Of a stretch of DNA of 51,103 nt, positions 6,139 to 16,837 are shown piece by piece. The stretch is from a virus, in the IMG/VR virus record IMGVR_UViG_3300045988_112499, one strand, 5' to 3'. Made by a program: the position numbers and the translations under genes. Below the pieces are notes generated by a model. It did no database searches. It worked only from the letters and a program-made list of their open reading frames with translations, and was not told the origin of the DNA. How positions within the stretch are numbered: the first letter of the stretch is position 1; the number at the start of each line of letters is the position of its first letter.

Positions 6139-9100
6139 TTAAGTACCATATCTTACTGTATAATAATGGCCATTGCAATACCTTAAAACCAAACTGTCGC
6201 CTTGTGCCATGTCAAGCCAACCATTCCCGCCGTTTATGCGTTCGGCGTTATTATCTACTAATACGCCGTCGTCACAACCGGAAAGTTTTATTCGATTGCT
6301 GTTTCCCAACCAACCAATTTGAATATAAAGCAAGAATGATATGTCCTTGCCCGATAATTCAGAGACGGTTCTATTCATATATGCCCGTCCGGGTAATCTT
6401 ACATTTCTATATGCGGCCCCAATTGAACCGAAGAAGAAGTTGTTCGTTATACCGATATATTCTTCAATGATGTCGGTATATGCTTCACCGTGATAAGTGT
6501 CGTCAAAATGTGCATTACCCCCAATTGAGAAAGAATTTCCGTCTACTTGCAAAGCCCTTTGGGTGTACCAAGATGAATTATTCCTTGGTCTAAATTTTGT
6601 ATATAAACCAATTCCACTATTATATGAACTTCCCGAATATTCAAAACGGCCAAGACCCATTAATCCACTTGATGCGGGGAACACGTTTGCGCCTATTCCG
6701 GCCCACAAATTGGTTTTTGAGAATTTTATAAAATCGGATAACAATGCAAGACCATTGTATTTGCCTTCCATTTCAGAAGATTCAGAAACACCGATTCTTC
6801 CTTGCCCGATTTCAAAACCGCCAATGCTGCCGGATATTGCCTTGATAATGCCTTCAATTGTTGCTTTTGATGCAATTATTGATCCGTCTTGTAAAACACG
6901 GAAAGGGGCCGTATTTCTATTCTCTTTTGAAGCCCCGGCCCAAAAACGAACCGAAGAAGCTTCCGTTCCTTCGCCTGTTATTCCTGCAAGGATAGAACCG
7001 CCCGATCCTGCAAGTTGTACCGTGCCGGAAGTGACAATACCCCCGTCAATGACTGTTTTTGTATTGTCATAATTCACGGCAATGACCCAATCGTTGATGC
7101 TATATGATTGTCCAACAACTTTTGCGGTTTGGCATCGCCGCAAATCGGCTCCATTTACCCACAAATCGCCAATGTCATACGGGGCGTATGGCGTTGAGAC
7201 GAAGACACGACGTTTGCCGTCGGCGGTGTCTTGTGCTTTACTTGCTGCTTCGTATGCGTCCAAGGCTGTTTGATCAACGCTCCTTTGCCAATAGTATAGA
7301 ACATTCGTTTTGGTTGTCCATTCTGAAGAATTATAACTTCCGGTTGTCCTTGTTGTGTTAGCTATTTTTATATACAAGTCTTGAATGAAGCAATCCCCGA
7401 TTGTATAAGTGTTTGGCGTATTGATAAAAAGGGTTACACCGTCGGCCAAATAACTAACAACCTTTGCAGAAACAAACAACAAGTTTTCGTCGTCCTTTTC
7501 ATTCCAATAGTAAGAAATTATAGGGTTTCCGTTGTTGTCATACTCAACTTTTTTGCTATAAATATATAGCTTCTTTGCGGCGGTATTATAATATAAATCA
7601 CTTACATGTGCTTCTTTCAATGTAGAAGTGTTCCAACTTGAAGCGGGTGCATTACTGATCGTTGGTGCGGTTCCTTTTTTCCAAAAATGAATCCCGTTTT
7701 TGCTAATGACATTTTTAAATTGAGAAACGTTTCCTTTCACATAGAAATACAATTTCTTATCCGTCGGGGTGTACCATGTGTCACCAACATGCTTCACTTG
7801 ACTTTCAACGGTTGTCCAAGTTGTTGCGGGGTCTGATTCTTGAAACCAAGATTCGATCTTTCCGTCAATTTGATTCGTGAAGTCTTCAACAGTATTGGCG
7901 AATACTCCGTTTATGAAGGCCGTCAAAGCGGCATCCGAAGTGTATTTTGATGCCTTTTCCCAATCGCTTGAAGTATATGAACCGGACAAACGATTCGTTT
8001 TACAACGCATAATATCCCCCGAAGCACCTTGGACCCATAGGTCCCCGACTTCATACGGCGGGATTGGTGTAGAAGTGAATATTCTTCTTTTTTCCCGTGC
8101 TAATGCAAGGGCATCATTGGCAAGGGCCAAGGCGTTTGCAACTTCTGAATCTTGAAGTTCTTTCCATTTATAAACCGTTCCTTCTTTTACCCAACGAAAA
8201 ACTTTTCCGGTTTCGGTATTATAAAACAAGTCCCCCAAATGGTTTTCTTTCAAGGTTGTCGTTGTCCATTCTTTGGCCGGAATATTGCTTGTCGTTGGAT
8301 CGTATTCATAAAAGAATTGTTCAATTTGCCCGTCAAGTTGTGCCCGCAAATCATTCAATATGCCCGGCAAAGTGTTGTCGATATAATTCTTTGCGTCAAG
8401 GGATTCTTGCCCTAATTCTTCAAGCGTTTTTTCTTGGCCGTTTGAATCAAACACGATCTTCCCGCCAATTTCCCCGGCGTCGAGATCAAAATATGTGCTT
8501 CCGTCGGGCGATTGAATACGTCCTGTTTTGATAAATCTTCCGTTGACGGTTGTAAAACCATAGGTCAAGGAAACGGACCGGACATGTAACATTGTATCTA
8601 CCGAATTAACAACTCCGATCCAAAAATGATAATTCATTGCATCTTCTTCAACGCCAATTTGTTGCGGTGTGAAAACTATTGTTCCGGTATTTCCTTGTTT
8701 CAAGACTTTCGCATAAATATAATAAGCTTGTGAATCAGACAAGAAGGTTGTGTCCCCGTCCGATAAGGTCCAAGAACGGGGCATTTCTTCAATAGCATAA
8801 TGCGTCAAAATACCGCCTTTTACCCGCATAAGGTTTTTATTTCCATTGAAATTTGGCTGAAATACGGTTCCAACCAATCCAAATTGCATTGATTTTGCGC
8901 CAACTGACAACATCAAAGTATCAACCGAATTGGGCTTGATCTTATCAGTGTAATAATCACCTTCGGGATCAAAGACCATATTTAAAACTTCTTGCGCTGA
9001 TAACCAATCACGACGGGCCTTTGCAGGGTCTTTCAAATTATTGATAGTCAATATTTTGTCAATGTCAATCAAATCCGATATAACACGGGTATATGTTGAC

Positions 9101-10536
9101 CTTTCAACCGAAACATCTGCAATTGTCAAAGTGTATTTGTATTCGTCGATCAAATCCCTTGTGAATGATTTGACACGGATAGATTTATCAACGTCTATGT
9201 CCGTATCAATCACCGGGATATAATCACCAACCCAAATTGCGTTCGATGTTGTACCAAGGCCCGCAATACTTTTTAAAAAGAATTCGTCAAGTGTCAATGA
9301 GTATTGCACCTTTGGTTGGCAATTCTGCTGAAGAAATTTTGTTCCGGCTTCTAACAACTTTTTTTCGGCTTCGTCAATGTATGATTGTGGCAAAGCAATG
9401 TCAATCAACACATATTCGTCACCTATTCCGAATTGAAATGCGGAAGATGTTTCGGAAGGGAAAGACATATCCCTGTTATCGGTTATTTTTTTTAGCGTGA
9501 AGGTATGCGTTGCGTGATCATAAGCATGAATTTCAAATTCATATCCGGCCAAATTCCCCGTATTGAAATGTACCTTTGCCGACACCCCGTTCAATAAGTA
9601 TTTTGTTGTTTTCCCGTCTGATTCAGTTTCATTCAAGTTGAACATTGTAGAATCGGAAAACTTTAAAACACTGTCCCCCAAGGCTGATATTGTTCCGGTG
9701 CGGTGTGGGTAAATATCATCAAAGTTCTTTGTGTTTTCCCAAATACCATATTGCGCAATTGCTTTGGCATCTTCAAGAAAACTTTGTGCCTTGGTTTTAT
9801 TGGGAAGACAAAGTTTTGTGCAACGGTATTTTGATGTTATATTTTTAGTTGATCCGTAGCATTTTAATCGGGTGACTATGTTTGAGGAAGACACCTTTTC
9901 CCTTGTCAATTCGTAGATTCCCAATCCTTTTCCATATTTGAAAGTGAAAGGGAAAGTCTTTCCTACATTGGTGATGTTTATTGTACATACACCGTTTGCC
10001 GATTGGATAATCTCAAATTCAAGCCCGTATTCGTCACAAACATTTTGAAGTACTGAAAGGCAATTGTCGGAATCTCCGAAAGTCAATGTCTTTGTGTCTG
10101 TGTCCGGACAAGAACCAAGAACCCATTTTCCGGGAAATATTCGGGATATATTGGCAATTAACACTTGCATGAAACGGCGTAAATCACCTGTCAATGAATC
10201 CCCTTGAACGTCAACACCTGTTGTGTCAATTGTGACATCATAAGAAGCACGGGCAAGGTCATATTGCACGCCTTCAAATTGCAAGTCATATTGAAAGTTA
10301 TATGCCGATTCTTTTTTGACTTTAGGCAACACATTCAACGTATATCTTCGGCCGAATATTTCAATCCTGTCACCAATTTCGTATGCTTGTGGGAAAGGAG
10401 ATTGAACCGTTATATCAACAGTGTCGGCCCCCAATAATTCGACCTTTTGTTTTGCGCTTGAAATTCGTGTTGTGGTTCCCCTGTTTTGAAGGGGAACCCG
10501 TGAACCGTCACGCCGAATAATTATAATTTGTTCCAT
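6139..10536 (-). CDS. Large tail fibre / host-specificity protein
   Basis: 1465 aa, downstream of the tape measure and distal tail genes; internal repeated modules (GDLWV...RC.T twice, W.T...H.GD.Y three times). Confidence 0.75.
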   Translation of the reverse strand: MEQIIIIRRDGSRVPLQNRGTTTRISSAKQKVELLGADTVDITVQSPFPQAYEIGDRIEIFGRRYTLNVLPKVKKESAYNFQYDLQFEGVQYDLARASYDVTIDTTGVDVQGDSLTGDLRRFMQVLIANISRIFPGKWVLGSCPDTDTKTLTFGDSDNCLSVLQNVCDEYGLEFEIIQSANGVCTINITNVGKTFPFTFKYGKGLGIYELTREKVSSSNIVTRLKCYGSTKNITSKYRCTKLCLPNKTKAQSFLEDAKAIAQYGIWENTKNFDDIYPHRTGTISALGDSVLKFSDSTMFNLNETESDGKTTKYLLNGVSAKVHFNTGNLAGYEFEIHAYDHATHTFTLKKITDNRDMSFPSETSSAFQFGIGDEYVLIDIALPQSYIDEAEKKLLEAGTKFLQQNCQPKVQYSLTLDEFFLKSIAGLGTTSNAIWVGDYIPVIDTDIDVDKSIRVKSFTRDLIDEYKYTLTIADVSVERSTYTRVISDLIDIDKILTINNLKDPAKARRDWLSAQEVLNMVFDPEGDYYTDKIKPNSVDTLMLSVGAKSMQFGLVGTVFQPNFNGNKNLMRVKGGILTHYAIEEMPRSWTLSDGDTTFLSDSQAYYIYAKVLKQGNTGTIVFTPQQIGVEEDAMNYHFWIGVVNSVDTMLHVRSVSLTYGFTTVNGRFIKTGRIQSPDGSTYFDLDAGEIGGKIVFDSNGQEKTLEELGQESLDAKNYIDNTLPGILNDLRAQLDGQIEQFFYEYDPTTSNIPAKEWTTTTLKENHLGDLFYNTETGKVFRWVKEGTVYKWKELQDSEVANALALANDALALAREKRRIFTSTPIPPYEVGDLWVQGASGDIMRCKTNRLSGSYTSSDWEKASKYTSDAALTAFINGVFANTVEDFTNQIDGKIESWFQESDPATTWTTVESQVKHVGDTWYTPTDKKLYFYVKGNVSQFKNVISKNGIHFWKKGTAPTISNAPASSWNTSTLKEAHVSDLYYNTAAKKLYIYSKKVEYDNNGNPIISYYWNEKDDENLLFVSAKVVSYLADGVTLFINTPNTYTIGDCFIQDLYIKIANTTRTTGSYNSSEWTTKTNVLYYWQRSVDQTALDAYEAASKAQDTADGKRRVFVSTPYAPYDIGDLWVNGADLRRCQTAKVVGQSYSINDWVIAVNYDNTKTVIDGGIVTSGTVQLAGSGGSILAGITGEGTEASSVRFWAGASKENRNTAPFRVLQDGSIIASKATIEGIIKAISGSIGGFEIGQGRIGVSESSEMEGKYNGLALLSDFIKFSKTNLWAGIGANVFPASSGLMGLGRFEYSGSSYNSGIGLYTKFRPRNNSSWYTQRALQVDGNSFSIGGNAHFDDTYHGEAYTDIIEEYIGITNNFFFGSIGAAYRNVRLPGRAYMNRTVSELSGKDISFLLYIQIGWLGNSNRIKLSGCDDGVLVDNNAERINGGNGWLDMAQGDSLVLRYCNGHYYTVRYGT

Positions 10537-11729
10537 ACTACAATTGCATTTGTTTCAAACTTTTCAATTTCGTCAATACACCCGGCTACAATGATGTAGT
10601 AATCACCGTTTGACTTGAATGTATGATTGACAACCAAGTCTTCGCCGTAAATGTCTGTCTGAACTTCACCGTCACCCCAATAGATGTCAACAAGCTTTGT
10701 TGTTGTGATTTTGATAGAGCAATTTTGCGTTGATTCTCCGACACGAATAAACTTTAGTACTTTTTTTACCGGGGACGGCTCCTTCAATTTCAAAGTGAAA
10801 GTTCCTATCATTAAACTATCATCCCAAGTCTTTTTGATTGCGATTGCATCTTCTGAATATACTTCATAGACAAGCGGTTTTGTTGGGTGAATATCAACCA
10901 TAAGGCGGTGTGTGCCCGCTTTGTCGAAGATTTGGAAAAAGCGGTTCACTTTACTTGCAAAGTCGCCTTTCCCTTCTACGGCTTTAATAAAGCAAGACAA
11001 GGTGATTTCCCGACTTTCGTAAAACTTGTGATTCAGATCAACGCATGTTCCGTGATAGTTGTCCCATGATACGGACATCGGGGATTTCATTTTTGGCCGA
11101 TCTGTCAACCCGTCGGAACCGGAAACATATACGCCGTATTCTTTCAGATCAACACCGTCAATGTAATATGTCAATTGTTTGACATTTGACATTTCTTCGA
11201 TCAAGTCTTCTTGGGAAAGGGCAATATTATAAAGCTTCATGTCGTCAACACAACCTTTCCCATATTCACCCCCGAAATAATCTTGATTCAATGAGACGCC
11301 TAACAATGTGCCGGAACGGTTTATTGTCTTCACAAGTGCGGTATTTACATAGAAATTGTATTGCGTCCCCCTTTTGGTCATAGCAACGGAAACCCAATTG
11401 CCGCATGATAATTCAATCGGGATTTCGGAATATTGATCAATGCCGTCAAAGGCAAGAAGCCAAATAACTTTTGAAGGGCTTCCCGCTTCAATCGACATTG
11501 GATTGACCCAACATAAGATTGAAAATTCGCCCGAAAGATTCAATACGTTTTTAGAAATCTTACATGTGTCTTTGCCGGAAAACTGAATTGCATTTCCAAT
11601 CTTACCGGAAACAAACTTTGCACCGGACACAATGCCGTCCGCACGATTGGCCGAATAGTCATAAGCGATCAACGAACCGTCCGATTCATCGAAAGGTAAA
11701 TTCAAAATAACATTCTTTGTATTTGCCAT
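10521..11729 (-). CDS. Tail protein with N-terminal LamG-like lectin domain (distal tail protein candidate)
   Basis: DDMKLYNIALSQEDL resembles the LamG C-terminal signature (D.vRiYnRALS..Ei); start set to the ATG at 11729 (the track start is TTG). Confidence 0.6.
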   Translation of the reverse strand: MANTKNVILNLPFDESDGSLIAYDYSANRADGIVSGAKFVSGKIGNAIQFSGKDTCKISKNVLNLSGEFSILCWVNPMSIEAGSPSKVIWLLAFDGIDQYSEIPIELSCGNWVSVAMTKRGTQYNFYVNTALVKTINRSGTLLGVSLNQDYFGGEYGKGCVDDMKLYNIALSQEDLIEEMSNVKQLTYYIDGVDLKEYGVYVSGSDGLTDRPKMKSPMSVSWDNYHGTCVDLNHKFYESREITLSCFIKAVEGKGDFASKVNRFFQIFDKAGTHRLMVDIHPTKPLVYEVYSEDAIAIKKTWDDSLMIGTFTLKLKEPSPVKKVLKFIRVGESTQNCSIKITTTKLVDIYWGDGEVQTDIYGEDLVVNHTFKSNGDYYIIVAGCIDEIEKFETNAIVVWNKL

Positions 11730-11730
11730 T

Positions 11731-12240
11731 TTAGTAAGTTTTTTTGTGTTTTTCAATAACTTTGATCACGGCCCTTTCTGAAGATTCTGTCTTCAAAGTA
11801 CCGCCGTAATGGTTTACGCATACTTTTGAATCGGCCGAAGCGATTACATGAAGTTTAGAATCGTCAAACATGTCGATCATGACAAATGAATTTCCCTTTG
11901 CAATAATGATCAAGTCTGATTCATGTTTCACAAAGATTTCAGATACACCAAAGTTGTTGATTTCGACCCGGCCAATACAACGGCCAAGGGCGACAACACG
12001 GCGATCATTGGCCGTGTTTAATGATTCATCAAGGTGCACCCCGTATTCTTCCATTCTGCCAATGAAATTTTCACGGATATAGTCATTCGTAGGGAAATCA
12101 TTTGAAAGACAAAAGTCAATTCCACGAACATACATTTCAAGTAATCGGTCTTTATCGTCAAGCGTTTTCATTTGGTCAAACCATTCTTGACAAATCCCTT
12201 TCTTTTTTGCTATCAAAGCAAGTTCTTTTCCTATTTTCAT
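11731..12240 (-). CDS. Hypothetical tail-module protein
   Basis: 169-aa ORF between the tape measure and the LamG tail protein. Confidence 0.5.
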   Translation of the reverse strand: MKIGKELALIAKKKGICQEWFDQMKTLDDKDRLLEMYVRGIDFCLSNDFPTNDYIRENFIGRMEEYGVHLDESLNTANDRRVVALGRCIGRVEINNFGVSEIFVKHESDLIIIAKGNSFVMIDMFDDSKLHVIASADSKVCVNHYGGTLKTESSERAVIKVIEKHKKTY

Positions 12241-12246
12241 AACTTA

Positions 12247-12265
12247 ATATATTACTGTGATATAC
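12247..12265. promoter_or_regulatory. Dispersed palindrome copy 3: A TATATTA CTG TGATATA C
   Basis: 7 nt upstream of the ATG at 12240, between the tape measure stop and the next gene. Confidence 0.75.
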
Positions 12266-12266
12266 T

Positions 12267-15200
12267 TTAAGATAAACCCATTGCACGCAAAGAATCTGAT
12301 TGCCTGTCACCTTTTAGTAAGTCAACGATTTGTGTCAATTTGGAAAGGTGAACGTTGTACGACGTATTTAAAGCAACCCTATTTAGTGCGATCAATTGTT
12401 GGCGAAGAATGTTGATTGATTCCATTTGATTGATTCGCATTGCGTTCATTTGTCCGGCGACAATGCTTGCGGTTTCTTCCGAAACGCCTTGAATACCACC
12501 TTGCAACGTCGTGTCCGGTTCCGATATTTCGTCTTTTAGGTCTTTGAAAAGGTCTTCGTACACTCCAAGGGCTTGCGTGAAGTTTTTCCCAATGGAAGAA
12601 ATTTGATTTTTGAAGCGTGCTTGTTCTTCCGGGGTCAAACCGTCAAAAACAAACGTATCACCGTTCCAATACCCCATTGACTTTTCAAGACCGTCAAGCG
12701 CACCTTGAAGTTGCTTTTCAAGAAAGTTTTTCTTCAACTGATTCAAAACGGCTTGTTTCATTATTGAATCGGCCGTTTCTCCGAAAGCCGTTGCAGCGTC
12801 TTCACCTTTTCCGAAGGCTTCAACGATAGCATCGCCCAATTGATCCGCAAAGTCTTTTGCATTGCTTTGAAGAATGTCTTCCGATATGGATTTCAACATG
12901 TCTTCAATGTCACGCCCTAATTGATCATATTGTTCTTGATATTGACGCACCTTGTCACCGTCTGTCTTCTTCTTGTCTTCTTCAAGGCGTTTCATTTCAA
13001 GCAAGTGTTCCCGTTGGGCTTCCATGTTATGAATTGCGGCTTTCTGATTTTTATATACTTCACCGCCAAGGGCTTTGTCAATGGCCCAAGATAGTTGATT
13101 GTAGGCGTTCGTCAAATCTTTCACGGCGTCACCATGTTTGTTGATCGACTTATCAATGTGCTTGTCGTGAATACGATTCAACGTTGTCAATAGCTTGAAC
13201 GGCATTGAAATTGTGTCTTGGATCGCTCCCATGACATTACCACTTTTCAGATTTTCCCAACCGGACATTGCCGTTTCATTAACGGCGTCAATACAGTCGG
13301 CCCAATCTTGTAGATTGTCGGACGCATCAGAATGACCGATTGAATCTTGATAATCGGCAATAGTTCGCAATGTGCCGGAAACGGCTTGCAAGGTTTGATA
13401 TACCGCCGTGATGATTGCATCAACCATTGATAAGGCCCCGGCCGCACCCCCGGCGGCCCCTTCCATTGCTCCTTGTGCTTCTCCCGCATTTCCTGCAACT
13501 TCCCCGGACGTCCCGGCAATATCGGCCATGTCACCTTTAGCCCCGGAAAATATGGTCTTGAAACTATCAAGCTTTGTTTGAAAGTCACCTTCACCAAAGA
13601 TCATGTTCATAAAGCCGCCCCCCTTGGAATTTCCGAATATAGATTCCATTCCCCGGCCTTGATAAGCGGAGTCGGCTTGTTTGTTAATTTTGTCAATCAG
13701 TTCCTTATACTGATCGTATGTCAATTTGCCGGAATTATAGGCTTCTTGCATCATGCTCAACAATGCTTTTCGTGTAGCTTCAAAGGTATTGATTGACAAT
13801 GTTTGTATTTTACCAAAGAAATCCTTGTATTGCTTTGTTTCTTGAAGGATTTCCATGTCTCGTTGGCCTTCTAATTGCTTGGCGGCGGTTTCATTGCCTT
13901 TGATCCGTTCGGCGGCAATAAGTTTGTTGTAATACGTCGTTATTTCAAGGCGACGGCCTTCAAATGATCCAAGGGTGTTGATCGCTTCTTTATTCAAATC
14001 TTCTAATTCATCAAAACTTCGTATCCCGGCTTCGTGCATCTTGGATAACAAGGACATTGCGCTTTCAATTTGCTTCTTTTCTTCGGCGTTTTGTGTTTCC
14101 GTAGCCCTACGGCGTAATAAGGTCATTTGATCTTGATATTGAACTTCTGCTGACAATTTACGATCCAAATATTCAGTATAAGAACGAAGCATTTCGGTTG
14201 TTTCTTCCTGTGCCTGTTTGTTGACATCTTCTTCCGCTTTATCCAAAATATCTTTTTGAGCGTTATCAAGATCGGACCCGTCGCCGGATAATTCCTTTCG
14301 TTTTTGGGCGATAATATCAAGCATTTGAACGATAGATGTAGCGGAATTCATTTGCTTCTTTAGGGCTTCATCGAAACTTTGAAGAACCGTTTTTTTTGAT
14401 TCCTCGGCAATCTGATCATTCAGCGTCTTCAGCTTTTTATTCTGATCGGCGGTCCTTGTATCAAGCGACATTAATTGATCCCTTTGTTTTTTGAGATAAT
14501 CAAGATATGTTTTCCCTTCTTTCAACAAAGAAGCAAATTCAGATTCGGCCGCCTTCTTAACGCCCGGATCATTGGAGTTGACCCACTTTAAATATTGTTG
14601 ATAAAGCTTTTTGCGTTTTTCAAGGCTTTCTTTGTAGGGGTCCTTTTCTTTCTTGTTGCTCGTTTGGTCAATTTTATTGAGAAGGGATTCTTGCGTTTTG
14701 ATTTGTTTCAATAACGCTTTGCGGTCTGTATCATTAGCGGCGTCTCTGTATTTTTCTTTTAGGCGGGAAATACTTTGTTCAAGGGCCGCAATTGATCCTT
14801 CAACAATGTTATTAGTTGAAACGCCAATTTCTTTCAATATTGCTTTTTCTTTGGCCGTGAATTCTGCTGACTTTTTAAATAGGTCAAGACCTTCTTTTTC
14901 AAGCTTTTCTTTGGCTTCTTTCAATTTAGTATAATCTTCATTGTCAACATAGTAAACTTCTGTTGTCATTCCGTATGATCCTTTACCGGGCGAACCTTGA
15001 ACCATTTTATTGCGGGTTCTTGCTACCTTTTCCGGTGTGTTTTCCATTTCAAGTTGCTTCAATAAAGCTTCTTTGTATTTGGTTGCAGCAATTTCAGCCG
15101 AAGCCATTGCCTTGGCTTTCTGAACCATTGCCAAGATAAATTTATTCTTTTGTCCTTCACTGCTTAGTATGGTTTCGGCTTCTTTCACATCATTGATCTT

Positions 15201-16487
15201 GACGCCAAGTTCTTTGAAGCGATCAGCATTTTCAATAATGAATTTTTCTTTGTCTTTTAGGTTGTCACCTAATCGGGACCAAGCAACCGATAATTCTTCG
15301 ATAGCTGCAATAGGTTTGGCCGCACAATCGACAACGGCTTTATTGAATTCTTCAGTTGCTTTTTGGGCTTCTTTGGATTTGCTTATATATTTGGAAACCA
15401 ATACAATAATTGCCGTGATAGCTGCCGATAAACCAAATGTTAAGGTTGCTAACAATGCTTGTGCGGCAACCGTAGAAACCCCAAGGGCTGCCGCCAATCC
15501 GCTTGTTGCTGTTGCAAGCAATGTTTTGGCTTTGGCGACAACAACAAGGGTGAAGGCCGAATCTTTGTTCAACATCTGTTCGATTTGCTGAAGGCCGATT
15601 GTTATTGCCATAAGTGATTGAACCTTCAACATTATCTTTTGAAGGTTTTCATTTTCTCCGGCAAATAATCCGATTGCACCTTGGGCGGCTGAAAAAGCCC
15701 CGGTTATACCTGTCAAACCGGAAATAATGCCTTGCATACCTTTTTGATCATGTGCAAGAATATTGGCTTGCGCTGTTGCGTCTGCCATTGCATCCGTTAA
15801 TGTTGCAAGCTCATTCCGTGCGTTTTCATACTCGATTGTATTACGTTTTCCGGCGGCTTCCATTTCAATAATGGTTTCCTTTAATTCACGAATACGGGTA
15901 CGGAATGAAACATGTGCTTTTTCGGCGGTTTGCACTTGGCTTTCAAGGATTTTTAAAGCTTCAGTTTCGGCGGCTAATTCTGCTTTTACTTCGGCCGCCT
16001 GTTGTCTCATTTCCGATTGGGCCTTACCGGGGGCCAACTTTCCAATTTCAGCATCAAGGTTTTTGACTTGATTTTCAAGTTCTGCAATCACTTCTTTTTG
16101 AATCCGAATATTTTCATTCGTGACGTCAAAGGTGTCATAAGTTCTTGTCACTTGCGATTCAAGTACTTTCAAAGCTTCTTTTTCGGCTTCAAGTTCTTGT
16201 TTGGCCGATTTTGCTTGTGCTATAATCTTTGCCTGTCCTTCCCCCGGACCGATCTTGTCAATTTGTTGTTCAAGGTTGACAACTTCTTTTTCAAGTTGGT
16301 CGATAACATCTTTTTGAATCTTTATGTTTTCGGCTGTTACTTCAAACGCATCGTCAATTTTTTCACTTTCCGCAACGGTTGCGGAAGAAAAACCTTTCAC
16401 ACGTCTTTCGGCTTCGCTTATTGCTCCGATCAACTGTTCATTGTTTAGTAATGCTTCAAATTCAAGCGATCCACCTTCTATGTTCAT
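12267..16487 (-). CDS. Tape measure protein
   Basis: 1406 aa, long coiled-coil regions, central hydrophobic segments (LTFGLSAAITAIIVLVSKY); position after the tail chaperone. Confidence 0.85.
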   Translation of the reverse strand: MNIEGGSLEFEALLNNEQLIGAISEAERRVKGFSSATVAESEKIDDAFEVTAENIKIQKDVIDQLEKEVVNLEQQIDKIGPGEGQAKIIAQAKSAKQELEAEKEALKVLESQVTRTYDTFDVTNENIRIQKEVIAELENQVKNLDAEIGKLAPGKAQSEMRQQAAEVKAELAAETEALKILESQVQTAEKAHVSFRTRIRELKETIIEMEAAGKRNTIEYENARNELATLTDAMADATAQANILAHDQKGMQGIISGLTGITGAFSAAQGAIGLFAGENENLQKIMLKVQSLMAITIGLQQIEQMLNKDSAFTLVVVAKAKTLLATATSGLAAALGVSTVAAQALLATLTFGLSAAITAIIVLVSKYISKSKEAQKATEEFNKAVVDCAAKPIAAIEELSVAWSRLGDNLKDKEKFIIENADRFKELGVKINDVKEAETILSSEGQKNKFILAMVQKAKAMASAEIAATKYKEALLKQLEMENTPEKVARTRNKMVQGSPGKGSYGMTTEVYYVDNEDYTKLKEAKEKLEKEGLDLFKKSAEFTAKEKAILKEIGVSTNNIVEGSIAALEQSISRLKEKYRDAANDTDRKALLKQIKTQESLLNKIDQTSNKKEKDPYKESLEKRKKLYQQYLKWVNSNDPGVKKAAESEFASLLKEGKTYLDYLKKQRDQLMSLDTRTADQNKKLKTLNDQIAEESKKTVLQSFDEALKKQMNSATSIVQMLDIIAQKRKELSGDGSDLDNAQKDILDKAEEDVNKQAQEETTEMLRSYTEYLDRKLSAEVQYQDQMTLLRRRATETQNAEEKKQIESAMSLLSKMHEAGIRSFDELEDLNKEAINTLGSFEGRRLEITTYYNKLIAAERIKGNETAAKQLEGQRDMEILQETKQYKDFFGKIQTLSINTFEATRKALLSMMQEAYNSGKLTYDQYKELIDKINKQADSAYQGRGMESIFGNSKGGGFMNMIFGEGDFQTKLDSFKTIFSGAKGDMADIAGTSGEVAGNAGEAQGAMEGAAGGAAGALSMVDAIITAVYQTLQAVSGTLRTIADYQDSIGHSDASDNLQDWADCIDAVNETAMSGWENLKSGNVMGAIQDTISMPFKLLTTLNRIHDKHIDKSINKHGDAVKDLTNAYNQLSWAIDKALGGEVYKNQKAAIHNMEAQREHLLEMKRLEEDKKKTDGDKVRQYQEQYDQLGRDIEDMLKSISEDILQSNAKDFADQLGDAIVEAFGKGEDAATAFGETADSIMKQAVLNQLKKNFLEKQLQGALDGLEKSMGYWNGDTFVFDGLTPEEQARFKNQISSIGKNFTQALGVYEDLFKDLKDEISEPDTTLQGGIQGVSEETASIVAGQMNAMRINQMESINILRQQLIALNRVALNTSYNVHLSKLTQIVDLLKGDRQSDSLRAMGLS

Positions 16488-16489
16488 AG

Positions 16490-16837
16490 TTACATCATAT
16501 TGTTGATAAAGTTCATAATATTGTCGGCGTTTTCACTATTCAAAGCGATTTCTTCTTCTCCTTTGTCTTCTGAATCGTAAGAAGGCAAATCAACCATAAT
16601 TCTTTGAACAATCGCCCATGCAATGCCATTATGCAAATAATCCCAAGACCAACCGAAATGCGCACAAATCGCACCCCTTCGGCCGTATGGACTATTTAAG
16701 CCCCGTTGTCCTCTATCCGATTCGGCATTGTTGTTCTTGCTCCCGACATTAATCGAATAGAGTTCATAAAATCCCCAAGATTGGACATTGTGTTTACAAG
16801 AAGTGTCAATTGCATAAGTTTTGACGGTTTGACATTT
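16490..16837 (-). CDS. -1 frame extension of the tail chaperone (gpGT-like frameshift product, C-terminal part)
   Basis: The -1 frame is open for 115 codons from 16837 to the stop at 16490-16492. It has no ATG until 33 codons from its end, fills the 16488-16695 gap and ends 2 nt from the tape measure ATG. Confidence 0.4.
   Translation of the reverse strand, partial: KCQTVKTYAIDTSCKHNVQSWGFYELYSINVGSKNNNAESDRGQRGLNSPYGRRGAICAHFGWSWDYLHNGIAWAIVQRIMVDLPSYDSEDKGEEEIALNSENADNIMNFINNMM

Noticed and set aside
12617-16506. Many plus-strand and alternative-frame ORFs inside the tape measure gene (e.g. 15169..15591, 15763..16071, 16002..16448, 13247..13597)
   Set aside because: They are antisense or off-frame products of a long, compositionally biased coiled-coil gene, with low-complexity translations and no independent start context.
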